From positions 17,456 to 81,455 of the forward strand of contig PFAH01000005.1 of NCBI GenBank assembly GCA_002773725.1: a stretch of 64,000 nt of DNA, written 5' to 3'. The translations under genes were made by a program, and so were the position numbers. The DNA comes from Candidatus Colwellbacteria bacterium CG10_big_fil_rev_8_21_14_0_10_42_22. Its GTDB lineage: Bacteria; Patescibacteriota; Minisyncoccia; UBA6257; Colwellbacteraceae. Of the stretch, positions 9,363 through 20,264 are shown in pieces. The notes beneath the pieces are model-generated. The model was not told where the DNA came from, made no database searches, and saw nothing but the letters and a program-made list of their open reading frames with translations. Within the stretch, counting starts at the first letter, position 1, and each line of letters opens with the position of its first letter.

Positions 9363-9911
9363 ATGGCAGAATACTACACACCCGCTATTGTCTTAAGAAA
9401 GGACGTTAAGAACGATAAAGATAGTTTATACATTCTCTACACTCGCAGTTTGGGTAAAATTAGTGCTATCGCAAAGAGCGCTAGGAAAATAACCTCTAAG
9501 CTTTCGGGACATTTATCGCCGGGAAGGATTGCTGACATAAGATTGATAGACAAAGGATCCTTTCAGCTACTAGACGCACTTTCAAAAAACGGTGGACGCT
9601 CTAATAAAGAAATTGCTAAATTTCTTTACTTTCTAGATAACATGACTCCATATAATCAAGCCGACCCTCATCTTTGGTATATAGCTAAAGAGGTTGTTGA
9701 ACGATTGGAGGTAGAGCCGATTGTTTATAGAGAGATTTTAGGCATTATGGGATTTGCCCCAATTGAGAAAAACGTCCTCCTTAAATGCAATCGATGCAAA
9801 AAGATAGGGACACAAACCCAGTATTTTATTATGTCCGATTTAGTTTTCCTATGCGCAAATTGCCTGAAGGATGTTAAGATTGAGGAAAATGACTTGGTTA
9901 AAATCGTTTAA
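9363..9911 (+). CDS. recO: DNA repair protein RecO (short form)
   Basis: AIVLRK..ND...LYT..LGKI.AIAK.ARKI.SKL.GHL OB-fold motif plus CxxC...CxxC. Confidence 0.8.
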   Translation: MAEYYTPAIVLRKDVKNDKDSLYILYTRSLGKISAIAKSARKITSKLSGHLSPGRIADIRLIDKGSFQLLDALSKNGGRSNKEIAKFLYFLDNMTPYNQADPHLWYIAKEVVERLEVEPIVYREILGIMGFAPIEKNVLLKCNRCKKIGTQTQYFIMSDLVFLCANCLKDVKIEENDLVKIV

Positions 9912-11640
9912 TTTAAAGACACTAAAAAGTTTAGGTAATATCAATCAAAAATTATTGATTATCTTAACCCTTGTTTTAATCATAGCCGGCGGGTTGTTTA
10001 TTTATTCAAGGTCTTCGAGTCGTGGTGTTGATATTGAGATAGTTATACCCGAAGAAGACATATATTACGGAGTTCCGTTTAGTGTAGAGGCGCGTTTCCA
10101 AAATAATTCCCCCTTCGACTTAGACAACGTAAGGATTGCCCTCAATTTACCCGAAGGATTAGTCCTTTTAGAAGACCCCAATAAAGTTAACGTACTTAGA
10201 GAACTGGACTTTGTGGGTCCAAACAATATTGCCGAAGAGACCTTCGTAGTGGTAGCTCTTCCATCAAAAGAGAAAGACGCGCATCTTATTGGAGTTAGCG
10301 CCACTTATTCTTCCGGATCTTTATCGGCTGAATTTACAGAAAGCGAAGATAAAAAAATAAGCCCGAAAGATAGAGACATCGAAGTTGAACTTAATCTTCC
10401 ATCCAATGTTTTTATTGGGCGTGATTTTGAAATAACTGCTAAATATAAAAACTTGCTTAAGGAAGAAAAAGAATTACCTGAAACTCTTTTACTTATAGAA
10501 TCTTCTCAAGATACTACCTTCATATCTTCTGACCCAAGTGAAAAGGGAAAAGGTAAATGGGCTATGAATCTAGGTGAAGAGAATGAAATATTAATCAAAG
10601 CAAGAGTAGAGAGCGGGGACCAGGATGTATTGATTATAAAGACAAAAGCAATACTGGATTTTAATGGAGAGCAATACGTGCTTTTTGAAAAGGACTTCGA
10701 AACCCTTCTTGCTCCATCGCCCTTAACATTTAGTGTTTCTCTTAGAGATCCAAAAGGTTTTGCCTTTCCAGGAGAACTTCTGACCTACGAAATCAATTAC
10801 CGCAACAACACAAATGCAGATTTAAAAGAAGTCGTTATCAAATCACAGCTTTTAGGAGATATGTTTAATTTCGACACTCTCAATACAGACGCTAGTTTTG
10901 ATACATTAAGCCGAACCATCAGTTGGACCCCTAGTCGATTTAGTCGCTTGAGCGATATTAAGAAGGGGGAGGGGGGCGTGCTCTCTTTTACTATCGGCGT
11001 AAAGGATAATTTTCCAACAGAAGGTCTTGGAGGCAAGAATTTTGTTTTAAAAACAAAATCTTCCATAGAATCACCAACTATTACCGGGGGAATATCGTCC
11101 GACAGAACAGCCAGTTCCGACGTGCTCGAAATCAAAGTGGCTGGTGAGATAGGGGTCAATGCCGAGGGATATTTTAGAGATGCACAATCGGGCATTCTTA
11201 ATAATGGCCCTTTCCCTCCGAGGGTTAATCAGGCAACAGAATATTCTATTCACTGGAATGTGGTTGGTGTTGGAAACGACCTTGAAAACGTTGTGGTTAA
11301 AAGCCGTTTATCTCCCGGCGTCACTTTTCAGGAATTGATTACAAAGGAAGAGGAGTCGGAGTTTAGTTATGACGAGGTTGAACGACAAGTTGTTTGGCAG
11401 ATTGACAAGGTACTTGCGTCTATCGGAGTTTTATCAGATAGTCCAAGTGTAATTTTCAAGATAGAGGCAACGCCCACTTTGTTAAATCTTGGTCAACATC
11501 TACCCCTCTTGGAAATGATTACCGCCTCTGCCAAAGATGTCTTCGCGGGCGTAGATTTAATTGACACAGACAAACCCCTAGATACAAAATTGCCTGACGA
11601 CACCACTGTTGGCGCTGAAACGGGTAAAGTAATTCAATAA
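9871..11640 (+). CDS. membrane-anchored Ig-like/DUF11-repeat surface protein (start uncertain)
   Basis: N-terminal TM; PGE.LTYEINYRN and GPFPP.V...T.Y.I.W beta-sandwich repeats. Confidence 0.7.
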   Translation: MLRLRKMTWLKSFNLKTLKSLGNINQKLLIILTLVLIIAGGLFIYSRSSSRGVDIEIVIPEEDIYYGVPFSVEARFQNNSPFDLDNVRIALNLPEGLVLLEDPNKVNVLRELDFVGPNNIAEETFVVVALPSKEKDAHLIGVSATYSSGSLSAEFTESEDKKISPKDRDIEVELNLPSNVFIGRDFEITAKYKNLLKEEKELPETLLLIESSQDTTFISSDPSEKGKGKWAMNLGEENEILIKARVESGDQDVLIIKTKAILDFNGEQYVLFEKDFETLLAPSPLTFSVSLRDPKGFAFPGELLTYEINYRNNTNADLKEVVIKSQLLGDMFNFDTLNTDASFDTLSRTISWTPSRFSRLSDIKKGEGGVLSFTIGVKDNFPTEGLGGKNFVLKTKSSIESPTITGGISSDRTASSDVLEIKVAGEIGVNAEGYFRDAQSGILNNGPFPPRVNQATEYSIHWNVVGVGNDLENVVVKSRLSPGVTFQELITKEEESEFSYDEVERQVVWQIDKVLASIGVLSDSPSVIFKIEATPTLLNLGQHLPLLEMITASAKDVFAGVDLIDTDKPLDTKLPDDTTVGAETGKVIQ

Positions 11641-11641
11641 A

Positions 11642-13060
11642 ATGACTTCAATCAAAAAAACAGACACAGAGCTGATGGACAAAGTAGTTCGCCTTGCTCG
11701 CAACCGTGGATTTGTTTTTCCTGGTTCTGAAATTTATGGCGGACTTCAAAATTCTTGGGACTACGGGCCGATAGGGGTTGAGCTTAAGCGCAATATAAAA
11801 GAGTTGTGGTGGAAAATGTTTGTTTTGGAAAGACCAGATATGGTTGGGATAGATGCAAACATCATTATGAATACTCGTGTTTGGGAAGCGTCCGGTCATT
11901 TAGACAGTTTTAACGATACTTTAATTGAGTGCAAGAAGTGTCACACGAGGTTTCGTGACGACGATTTATTTGTCTACATGTTGTCAGAAAAGGGTAAGCC
12001 CAGGTCTACAAACACAGAGGAGCTGTTAAAGGAATTGGTAAGTTTCCCCTGTCCTGAATGCAACAACGTAGGTGAATTTACCAAACCCAAGTTTTTCCAC
12101 ACCATGTTTAGAACCAATTTGGGCTCGATTGAAACTCCCGAGAATACGGTTTATCTGCGCCCAGAGACAGCTCAAGCCATGTTCGTTGATTTTGCAGAAA
12201 TTGTAAGAGTTAGTCGAAAACGTCTACCTTTCGGCATAGCCCAAATTGGTAAAGCTTTTCGCAACGAAATCACAACCGGTAACTTCATCTTTCGCCTTCG
12301 TGAATTTGAGCAGATGGAAATAGAATATTTCATTGAGCCACCTAAAACCAAAAAAGATTGGGAAAAACACTTCGATCACTGGTTGAAAGAAATCAAAAAA
12401 TGGTTAGATGTAATAGGAGTTGATAAGAACCGAGTCAAAGAAGTAGAAATTCCCAAAAAAGAGAGGGCCCACTATAGCGAACGCACTGTGGATATAGAAT
12501 TTCAATATCCATTCGGTCAAAAAGAACTCTACGGGCTAGCTTATCGCACCGACTACGATATTTCTGCTCACCAGAAACATTCTGGCGAAAGCTTGAAGTA
12601 TAGAGATCCCAAAACTGGTAAAGAATTTGTGCCCCATGTTATAGAGCCGTCCCTGGGAGTAGAAAGGACAATTCTAGCCGTGCTTTTATCTGCTTATACA
12701 GAAGAAGAAGTTGTATCAGCCAAAGGGGAAAAAGAGACCAGGATTGTCTTGAAGCTACCATCCATTATCGCTCCATACAAAGTCGCGATTCTTCCTCTTT
12801 CTGATAAAGCAGAGCTTACTAAAATGGCGGAAAGCATCAGGAAAGAATTGATTGGAGATTTTTCAGTTGATTACGACACAACCCAAAGTATAGGCAAACG
12901 TTATCGCCGACAAGACGAAATTGGTACGCCTTACTGCGTAACAGTTGACTTTGATTCTCTAGATGATAAAAAGGTTACCATTCGAGACAGAGACACCATG
13001 AAGCAAGATAGAGTAGAAATAAAAAAAATTAGGGAATACCTAAACAAAAAACTTATATAA
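11642..13060 (+). CDS. glyQS: glycine--tRNA ligase (alpha2 type)
   Basis: RGFVFPGSEIYGG, YLRPETAQ, GKAFRNEI, REFEQME, SIGKRYRRQDEIGTP. Confidence 0.96.
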   Translation: MTSIKKTDTELMDKVVRLARNRGFVFPGSEIYGGLQNSWDYGPIGVELKRNIKELWWKMFVLERPDMVGIDANIIMNTRVWEASGHLDSFNDTLIECKKCHTRFRDDDLFVYMLSEKGKPRSTNTEELLKELVSFPCPECNNVGEFTKPKFFHTMFRTNLGSIETPENTVYLRPETAQAMFVDFAEIVRVSRKRLPFGIAQIGKAFRNEITTGNFIFRLREFEQMEIEYFIEPPKTKKDWEKHFDHWLKEIKKWLDVIGVDKNRVKEVEIPKKERAHYSERTVDIEFQYPFGQKELYGLAYRTDYDISAHQKHSGESLKYRDPKTGKEFVPHVIEPSLGVERTILAVLLSAYTEEEVVSAKGEKETRIVLKLPSIIAPYKVAILPLSDKAELTKMAESIRKELIGDFSVDYDTTQSIGKRYRRQDEIGTPYCVTVDFDSLDDKKVTIRDRDTMKQDRVEIKKIREYLNKKLI

Positions 13061-13065
13061 AATCA

Positions 13066-14340
13066 ATGATGGATTTTGAAAAAACCGTTTTAGATAACGG
13101 CCTAAGGGTGATTGTAGCTCCCCAAAAAGACAACCCGGCCGTAACCGTGCTAGTGCTTGTATCAACTGGTTCAAAATATGAAACCAAGGAAATAAACGGC
13201 ATATCTCATTTTTTGGAGCACATGTGTTTTAAGGGGACCAAAAAGAGGCCTGCTGCTATCGAGATATCATCGGAACTTGATAGTTTGGGAGCATCCTACA
13301 ATGCTTTTACCAGTCAAGAATGGACTGGTTATTATGCAAAAGTAGACAAGAATCATTTCGAAAAAGCCCTAGATGTTGTTTCTGATATTTATCTTAACCA
13401 GATATTTGATACGAAAGAGATAGACAAAGAGAGGGGAGTTATTATCGAAGAGCTCAATATGTACGAAGACCTGCCGATGAGAAGAGTGGCAGAGTATTTT
13501 ATGGAGTTACTCTACGGAGATCAACCAGCCGGCTGGGAAATAGGGGGCAAGAAAGAGGTTATTAGAAAGTTAGATCGAGACGACTTCATTAAATATAAAA
13601 AAGCGCACTATGTTGCCTCAGCTACAACCGTGGTAATAGCCGGTGCTATAGATAAAAAGTTAGCCCTAGAGAGGGTAAGGGATATTTTTGCAGGTATTGC
13701 GGAGGATAAAAAGAAAGACAAAATGCCGATAAAAGAATCGCAGACAGAACCCAAACTACTTTTTGTCAAAAAAGAGACAGACCAAACACATCTGATTTTA
13801 GGTGTTCGCGCTTATGACGCCCTAGATAAAAGACGACACGCTCTTAATGTTTTAGCCAACATCTTGGGTGGGGGAATGAGTTCGCGACTTTTTCAGATTA
13901 TAAGAGACGAGTTAGGTGCGGCGTATTATGTTAGAGCCGAGGCGGATAAATTCACAGATCACGGCTTTTTAGCGACCGTAGCCGGTGTTGACAACGCAAA
14001 AATGGAAGTTGTGGTAGAGGCCATTCTGGGACAATTTCGTGATCTCAAGAAAAACTTGGTCAATGATAAAGAGCTCCAAAAAGCCAAAGACAATATGGTG
14101 GGAAGATTAATGCTTGGTCTTGAGACATCAGACGCCTTAGCCGGCTATTATGGCGAGCAAGAGATTCTAACGGGAGAGCCGGTTAATCCAGATGAAGTAG
14201 CAAAGAAAATAAAAAACGTCAAAGCAGAAGATATTAGGGCAGTAGCTCAAGATATATTCCAAAATAACAAACTCAATCTAGCTATAATTGGCCCCAAAGC
14301 GAATCAGGAAAAATTGAAGTCAATCCTTAAAATAGATTAG
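13066..14340 (+). CDS. M16 family zinc peptidase
   Basis: HFLEHM.FKGT inverted zincin motif, NAFTS, LGGGMSSRLF. Confidence 0.93.
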   Translation: MMDFEKTVLDNGLRVIVAPQKDNPAVTVLVLVSTGSKYETKEINGISHFLEHMCFKGTKKRPAAIEISSELDSLGASYNAFTSQEWTGYYAKVDKNHFEKALDVVSDIYLNQIFDTKEIDKERGVIIEELNMYEDLPMRRVAEYFMELLYGDQPAGWEIGGKKEVIRKLDRDDFIKYKKAHYVASATTVVIAGAIDKKLALERVRDIFAGIAEDKKKDKMPIKESQTEPKLLFVKKETDQTHLILGVRAYDALDKRRHALNVLANILGGGMSSRLFQIIRDELGAAYYVRAEADKFTDHGFLATVAGVDNAKMEVVVEAILGQFRDLKKNLVNDKELQKAKDNMVGRLMLGLETSDALAGYYGEQEILTGEPVNPDEVAKKIKNVKAEDIRAVAQDIFQNNKLNLAIIGPKANQEKLKSILKID

Positions 14341-14350
14341 AATTAGGGTA

Positions 14351-15379
14351 ATGGCCCAACCAAACAGTATTGAAATTTCTTGGATAAGTCTTTGGCGGGT
14401 TTTGTTCATGTTGGGGCTCGGTATCGCTCTATATATGATGCGCGAAACAGTCGCCATTCTTCTTTTAGCATTAATCGTGTCCACGGTTCTCGATAGGCCG
14501 GTAGATTCTCTTGAGCGTCATAAGGTGCCGAGAATTCTAGGAACTATCTTGGTGTATCTAGCGTCCTTTGTATTACTAGCTTTTCTTTTCTATACAGTTA
14601 TTCCGATAGCCATCATAGAACTCGGCCACCTTTTCAATAACTTGGGAGGTTTTGTCAACGATTCTTTGGGAGTCGAGCTTTCAAATGGGTCAGCCATTTT
14701 TACCAATCCAGATATTCAAAGATTCACCGGATCTCTCTTATCAGGAGAGATATCCTTCATTGAAGTTTTGGGCAGATTAGTGGGCGGAGTGACTTTTGTG
14801 ATTGCTACCCTGGTTCTTTCTTTTTACCTCACCGTTAGTCGAGACGGGGTGAAAAAGTTCTTAGTAGCTATCTTTCCTGATTCTACGGAGGAAAAGGTGG
14901 TTACTTTGTATGAGCGCACGAAGAAAAGAATAGGCAAGTGGTTCCAGGCACAATTATTCTTAAGTTTGATAATAGGTCTTTTGGCGTTCACTGGGTTGTC
15001 TTTATTGGGCGTCAAATATGCTCTAGTTTTAGCGGTTATAGCAAGTGCTTTAGAACTTATTCCAATAGTGGGTCCTATATTCGCTGGCGCCCTAGCTGTT
15101 AGTATCGCCTTGTCCAGCTCTTTAACGCTTGGCTTTTATACACTTCTTTTGTTTTTAGGCATTCAACAACTTGAGAATAACGTTTTCGTGCCTTTAGTCA
15201 TGAGAAAAAGAATTGGTGTTCACCCAGTAATGATTTTAGTAGCTATCTTGGGTGGCGCTCAGATTGCGGGCATGGTGGGGGTGCTCTTGGCAGTACCCAC
15301 AGCTGTCTTTATTCAGGAGATGGCAGAGGAGTGGATGAGTGTTAAAACTAGCAAGCGAAAGGGGCGACTTGCGGTATAG
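14351..15379 (+). CDS. AI-2E family transporter
   Basis: Multi-TM; IPIVGP, QQLENN...P.VM, G..G.LLAVP. Confidence 0.88.
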   Translation: MAQPNSIEISWISLWRVLFMLGLGIALYMMRETVAILLLALIVSTVLDRPVDSLERHKVPRILGTILVYLASFVLLAFLFYTVIPIAIIELGHLFNNLGGFVNDSLGVELSNGSAIFTNPDIQRFTGSLLSGEISFIEVLGRLVGGVTFVIATLVLSFYLTVSRDGVKKFLVAIFPDSTEEKVVTLYERTKKRIGKWFQAQLFLSLIIGLLAFTGLSLLGVKYALVLAVIASALELIPIVGPIFAGALAVSIALSSSLTLGFYTLLLFLGIQQLENNVFVPLVMRKRIGVHPVMILVAILGGAQIAGMVGVLLAVPTAVFIQEMAEEWMSVKTSKRKGRLAV

Positions 15380-15415
15380 AAACAGCTTCTCTAATATATC
15401 GAGGCGACACCCCCT

Positions 15416-16885
15416 ATGAGAAAGGAGTTTTATATCACAACCTCAATATTTTATACAAACGCTAAACCTCACATCGGGCATTTGCTTGAGATGGTGCAGG
15501 CAGACGTTCTTGCTCGTTGGAGGCGCATTCAAGGAGACGACGTGTTTTTCCTAAGTGGCACAGATGAACATGGCACAAAGATAGCAAGAACTGCTGAAAT
15601 AGCTGGAAAAGAGCCCCAACAATTTGTTGACGAAATAGCTCAACAGTTTAGAGAACTTAAGGATTCCTTTGATTTAAGCTGGGACGACTTTATTCGTACT
15701 ACGGATCAAGCAAGACATTGGCCAGGCGTAGAAAAGATTTGGCAAAAACTGGAGAAGAATGGTGATATATACGAAAAGAAATATAGAGGCCTCTATTGCG
15801 TAGGATGCGAAACCTTTCTTACCGAGAAAGACCTTGTAGACGGTGTTTGTTTGAACCATAAAGCTAAGCCAGAACTCATAGAAGAAAGCAATTTATTTTT
15901 TAGATTATCTAAATACGAAGATCAAATACTTAAACTAATCGAATCTAGAAAGCTAGATATTCAACCAGATACTCGTCGTAACGAGATGCTTTCTTTTGTT
16001 AGAAGGGGCCTCGAGGACGTTAGTTTTTCAAGATCTAAAGACCAGCTTAAATGGGGGGTGCCTGTGCCCGGAAATACAGACCAAACAATGTATGTTTGGT
16101 GCGACGCGCTTTCAAACTATATTACTGCCATTGGATATGGTAGAGATGAAAAAGAGTTCAAGAAATGGTGGCCAGCAGATATTCATATTGTGGGTAAAGA
16201 CATATTGCGCTTCCATGCAGTTATTTGGCCCGCCATGCTTTTGTCGGCTGGACTACCTCTGCCCAAAAGTATCTTTGTTCACGGATTTATAACTGCAGAA
16301 GGAGAAAAGTTATCAAAAAGTGTCGGAAATGTTATTGATCCAGTCGAGCTTCTTGAGAAATATAGTTCAGACGCAATTCGTTATTATCTTTTAAGCCAAA
16401 TACCTTCCGATGAGGACGGGGATTTTAACATAAAACGTTTTGAGGAAGGATATAATGCTGATTTAGCAAATGGTCTTGGTAATTTTGCTTCAAGAGTTAC
16501 AACGCTTGCCGAAGGACAAAAAGATTTTAAAGGACTTAAATTAAGTGAAGAAATTCAAGCAAAAATTATGGAGGTGGTTCAATCGGCAACTAAGGACGCA
16601 GAAAGATTCAAACTCCACGAGGTAGTAGCCAGTATTTGGTCTTTAATCAAGTTTGGGGATGGTTATATCAACGAACAGAAGCCCTGGGAGACAAAAGACC
16701 CGCAAGTAATATCCAATCTAGTTTATCTCCTAGATACGATAGCCGGGTTTACAGAACCAATTGTTCCAGAAGCATCAAAGAAGATTCAAGAGGCCATCAT
16801 AAAAGAAAACGGCGGAATAATAGGCGTAGAAAAGATCCAAAATCTTTTCCCCCGTTTACCGCAGGCAGATAAAGACGATGCCTAA
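15416..16885 (+). CDS. metG: methionine--tRNA ligase
   Basis: PHIGH, GTDEHG.KI, YVW.DAL.NY, GKDILRFH, KLSKS. Confidence 0.96.
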   Translation: MRKEFYITTSIFYTNAKPHIGHLLEMVQADVLARWRRIQGDDVFFLSGTDEHGTKIARTAEIAGKEPQQFVDEIAQQFRELKDSFDLSWDDFIRTTDQARHWPGVEKIWQKLEKNGDIYEKKYRGLYCVGCETFLTEKDLVDGVCLNHKAKPELIEESNLFFRLSKYEDQILKLIESRKLDIQPDTRRNEMLSFVRRGLEDVSFSRSKDQLKWGVPVPGNTDQTMYVWCDALSNYITAIGYGRDEKEFKKWWPADIHIVGKDILRFHAVIWPAMLLSAGLPLPKSIFVHGFITAEGEKLSKSVGNVIDPVELLEKYSSDAIRYYLLSQIPSDEDGDFNIKRFEEGYNADLANGLGNFASRVTTLAEGQKDFKGLKLSEEIQAKIMEVVQSATKDAERFKLHEVVASIWSLIKFGDGYINEQKPWETKDPQVISNLVYLLDTIAGFTEPIVPEASKKIQEAIIKENGGIIGVEKIQNLFPRLPQADKDDA

Positions 16886-17714
16886 ATTAATAGATGCCCA
16901 CACCCACGCTCACTTCGTTGCTTATGGCGACGAATCCGAAGACGTAGTTCAAAGAGCTCTTGATGAAGATATTTGGCTAATTACAGTTGGTACGCAAAAA
17001 GACACATCTCGAAGAGCAGTGGAGCTTGCTGAACAATATAAAGAGGGGGTCTATGCATCCATCGCTCTTCACCCCATTCACACAGAGAAGTCATATCATG
17101 ATCCGCAAGAATTAGGCGCTGGCGGTGACACAAAAGGATTTACTAGTCGAGGAGAGGATTTTGACTACGAATATTATAAAAAACTAGGTCAAAGCAAAAA
17201 GGTGGTTTCAATAGGTGAGTGCGGATTAGATTATTTTCGTCTAGAGGAAAGCACCAAAGATAAACAACGTGACGCTTTTATTCAGCAAATCAGATTAGCA
17301 AACGAGTTGAACATTCCGCTCATGATTCATTGTAGGAATGCTTTTGGCGACTTAATCCAAATCCTCAAAGATCACAAGCATCTTTTAAAACAGGATTTTC
17401 CCGGGGTTAACCATTTCTTTACCAGCAACAAAGAAGACGCCAAAGAACTTATGGAGCTTGGGTTTTATTTTACATTCGGCGGAGTGATTACTTTTACTCA
17501 TGATTACGATGAAGTTATCAAATATATTGGTTTGGACAAGATAATGGTTGAGACAGACGCACCTTACGTTGCCCCCGTTCCTCATAGGGGTAAAAGAAAC
17601 GAGCCGGCATTCGTTAAATATACAGCAGAAAAATTGGCCGAAATTCTTGATAAGGACTTCGAAGAAGTTGCGCAAAAGACAGTCGAGAACACTCGCAAGG
17701 TTTTCTCCATTTAA
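16878..17714 (+). CDS. tatD: TatD family DNase
   Basis: IDAHTH, IGECGLDY, IHCR, ETDAPY.AP...RGKRNEP. Confidence 0.93.
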   Translation: MPKLIDAHTHAHFVAYGDESEDVVQRALDEDIWLITVGTQKDTSRRAVELAEQYKEGVYASIALHPIHTEKSYHDPQELGAGGDTKGFTSRGEDFDYEYYKKLGQSKKVVSIGECGLDYFRLEESTKDKQRDAFIQQIRLANELNIPLMIHCRNAFGDLIQILKDHKHLLKQDFPGVNHFFTSNKEDAKELMELGFYFTFGGVITFTHDYDEVIKYIGLDKIMVETDAPYVAPVPHRGKRNEPAFVKYTAEKLAEILDKDFEEVAQKTVENTRKVFSI

Positions 17715-17750
17715 CTAGAAACTAACCACTAACCACTATAAACTAGCAAT

Positions 17751-20252
17751 ATGTATCCTTTCTCCAATATAGAGAAAAAGTGGAAAGAGAAGTGGCTTAA
17801 AACAAGGATTTACGAGCCCGATTTAGATAAAGCTAAAAAGCCGTTCTATAACCTCATGATGTTCCCATATCCTTCGGCCGAAGGATTACATGTAGGAAAC
17901 GCCTATGCGTTCATTGGGAGCGACATTTACGGACGTTATAAGAGAATGCGGGGCTACGACGTCTTTGAACCAATTGGTCTAGACGGCTTTGGTATCCACA
18001 GCGAGAATTATGCCCTTAAAGTCAAAAAACATCCCGCAGATCAAGCAGAGAGTTCTAAGGAGAGATTTTATAAGCAACTTCAGGAAATAGGCAATGGATT
18101 TGCTTGGGAAGAGCGTCTTGAGACATACACTCCAGAGTATTATAAGTGGACGCAGTGGATCTTTATCCAAATGTGGAAGGCCGGTTTGGTTGAAAGAAGG
18201 AAGGCGAGCGTTAATTGGTGCCCGTCGTGCAAGACAGTTTTGGCGGACGAGCAGGTAGTTGGCGGGAGGTGCGAGAGGTGCGACAGCGAAGTGATTAAGA
18301 AAGATTTGGAGCAGTGGTTTTTTAAGATAACCAATTATGCAGAGAAACTACTTTCAAATCTTGAGAAGATTGACTGGTCAGACAACATCAAGATTGCTCA
18401 AAAAAATTGGATAGGCAAAAGCGAAGGAGCTAGGATTAATTTTCCAATCGTTGATTCGAAAGAGAATATAGAGGTTTTTACTACTCGCCCCGACACAATT
18501 TTTGGAGCCACCTATATGGTTTTGGCGCCAGAGCATCCACTTATAAGAAAACTGGAAGAAAAAATATCTAACAAGAAAGCTGTCCAGGATTATGTCTTAA
18601 AGACACAGAGTAAGACAGAAAATGAAAGAATAGCTGACACTAAATCTAAGACAGGCGTAGAGCTAGAGGGCGTAAAGGCAATTAATCCAGCTAACAAAAA
18701 AGAAATTCCAATTTGGATAGCCGACTATGTTTTGTCTTCATATGGAACGGGAGCAATTATGGCTGTTCCCGGACAGGACGAGAGAGATTGGGAGTTCGCT
18801 GAAAAATTTAAATTACCTATTGTTCGCACGGTCAAACCACCCAAAGATTTTAAGGGTGACGCCTATCTTGGGGACGGACCTGCCATTAATAGCGACTTTT
18901 TAGATGGACTCGAAATAGAAGAAGCTAAAAAGAAAACAATTCAATGGCTTTCAAAAAATGGTTTTGGCAGAACAGAGACCAACTATCACCTTCGTGATTG
19001 GCTAATCTCGCGTCAAAGATATTGGGGTCCACCGATACCTATGATTTATTGTCCCGCCTGCGCCAAGGCTTCGGCGGACAAGAACAACGCTGGATGGCAA
19101 CCAGCACCACTTAAAGATCTCCCCATTCTTTTGCCTAAATTAAAGGATTTTCGTCCCAAAGGTACGGGTGAAGCACCATTGGCCTCATCTCCTGCTTTCT
19201 ATAAAGTAAAATGCCCGAAATGTAAGGGTCCAGCTCGTCGCGAGACGGATGTTTCAGATACATTCCTTGATTCAGCGTGGTATTTCTACCGCTACATCAA
19301 TATGGATAAGAAGAAAGAGGCCTTTAACGAGCTTAGGGTTAAAAAGTGGCTTCCCGTTGATATGTATATTGGCGGAGCAGAGCACGCAGTTCTTCATCTT
19401 CTTTATTCCAGATTTTTAGCCATGGCATTTAAAGATATGGGCCTAATAGATTTTGAAGAGCCATTTACTGCTCTTCGTAGCCACGGCTTGATTATTAAAG
19501 AAGGTGCCAAGATGTCTAAGTCAAAAGGCAACGTAGTGATACCCGATAAATATATCAAGAGATTTGGATCAGACGTTTTGAGAATGTATCTGATGTTCAT
19601 TGGACCATTTCAGGATGGTGGTGATTGGCGGGATGGGGGTATCGCAGGTATAGAAAGATTTTTAACTCGCGTTTGGAATTACTTTGAAGCACGTGCAAAA
19701 TTTATTAAAAAATATCCATCCGCCACCAACGTCAGTGTAATAAAAGAAGTAGCTCCACTTTTCCACCAGACAATCAAAAAAGTGGGGGATGACATAGAAG
19801 ATCTCAAGTACAATACTGCCATTAGCCAGCTCATGATTTTGTTTAATGCTCTTGAAGAACCGGTCAGTGGCAAAAACAATGCTCGAGGAACATTGATTAA
19901 GGGATTCGTTGGTTTAAACAAAAATCAGCACGGAGAATTCCTTAAGCTTTTGACGCCCTTCGCCCCTTTTATCACGGAAGAACTTTGGGAGAAGCTTGGC
20001 AATCCATACTCAATCCATCAACAAAAATGGCCGGAATACATAGAGAAATATCTCACCGGAGATGAGATTAGCTTAATAATTCAAGTTAACGGAAAGTTAA
20101 GAGGAACCATTCAGGCGACTCGCGGAATTAGCGAAAAAGAAGCTATCGAAATTGCTAAGGGTGTAGATAGCGTGAAGGTTGTTTTAGGTAAGAAGAAAAT
20201 CAAAAAGACCGTCTTTGTTCCAGATAAACTTATTAATTTTGTCATAAATTAA
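17751..20252 (+). CDS. leuS: leucine--tRNA ligase
   Basis: MFPYPS..GLHVG, FTTRPDT, DW.ISRQRYWG, GGAEHA, KMSKS. Confidence 0.96.
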   Translation: MYPFSNIEKKWKEKWLKTRIYEPDLDKAKKPFYNLMMFPYPSAEGLHVGNAYAFIGSDIYGRYKRMRGYDVFEPIGLDGFGIHSENYALKVKKHPADQAESSKERFYKQLQEIGNGFAWEERLETYTPEYYKWTQWIFIQMWKAGLVERRKASVNWCPSCKTVLADEQVVGGRCERCDSEVIKKDLEQWFFKITNYAEKLLSNLEKIDWSDNIKIAQKNWIGKSEGARINFPIVDSKENIEVFTTRPDTIFGATYMVLAPEHPLIRKLEEKISNKKAVQDYVLKTQSKTENERIADTKSKTGVELEGVKAINPANKKEIPIWIADYVLSSYGTGAIMAVPGQDERDWEFAEKFKLPIVRTVKPPKDFKGDAYLGDGPAINSDFLDGLEIEEAKKKTIQWLSKNGFGRTETNYHLRDWLISRQRYWGPPIPMIYCPACAKASADKNNAGWQPAPLKDLPILLPKLKDFRPKGTGEAPLASSPAFYKVKCPKCKGPARRETDVSDTFLDSAWYFYRYINMDKKKEAFNELRVKKWLPVDMYIGGAEHAVLHLLYSRFLAMAFKDMGLIDFEEPFTALRSHGLIIKEGAKMSKSKGNVVIPDKYIKRFGSDVLRMYLMFIGPFQDGGDWRDGGIAGIERFLTRVWNYFEARAKFIKKYPSATNVSVIKEVAPLFHQTIKKVGDDIEDLKYNTAISQLMILFNALEEPVSGKNNARGTLIKGFVGLNKNQHGEFLKLLTPFAPFITEELWEKLGNPYSIHQQKWPEYIEKYLTGDEISLIIQVNGKLRGTIQATRGISEKEAIEIAKGVDSVKVVLGKKKIKKTVFVPDKLINFVIN
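19053..19078. repeat. REP-like palindrome inserted in frame in leuS
   Basis: CCGCC-TGCGCCAAGGCTTC-GGCGG encodes PACAKASAD; related copies at 22388-22413 and 63942-63968. Confidence 0.7.
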
Positions 20253-20264
20253 GAAATCTTAAAT

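Noticed and set aside
17713-17748. Short degenerate heptamer run (ACTAGAA ACTAACC ACTAACC ACTATAA ACTAGCA) before leuS
   Set aside because: Only five degenerate units; low-complexity spacer with no supportable function
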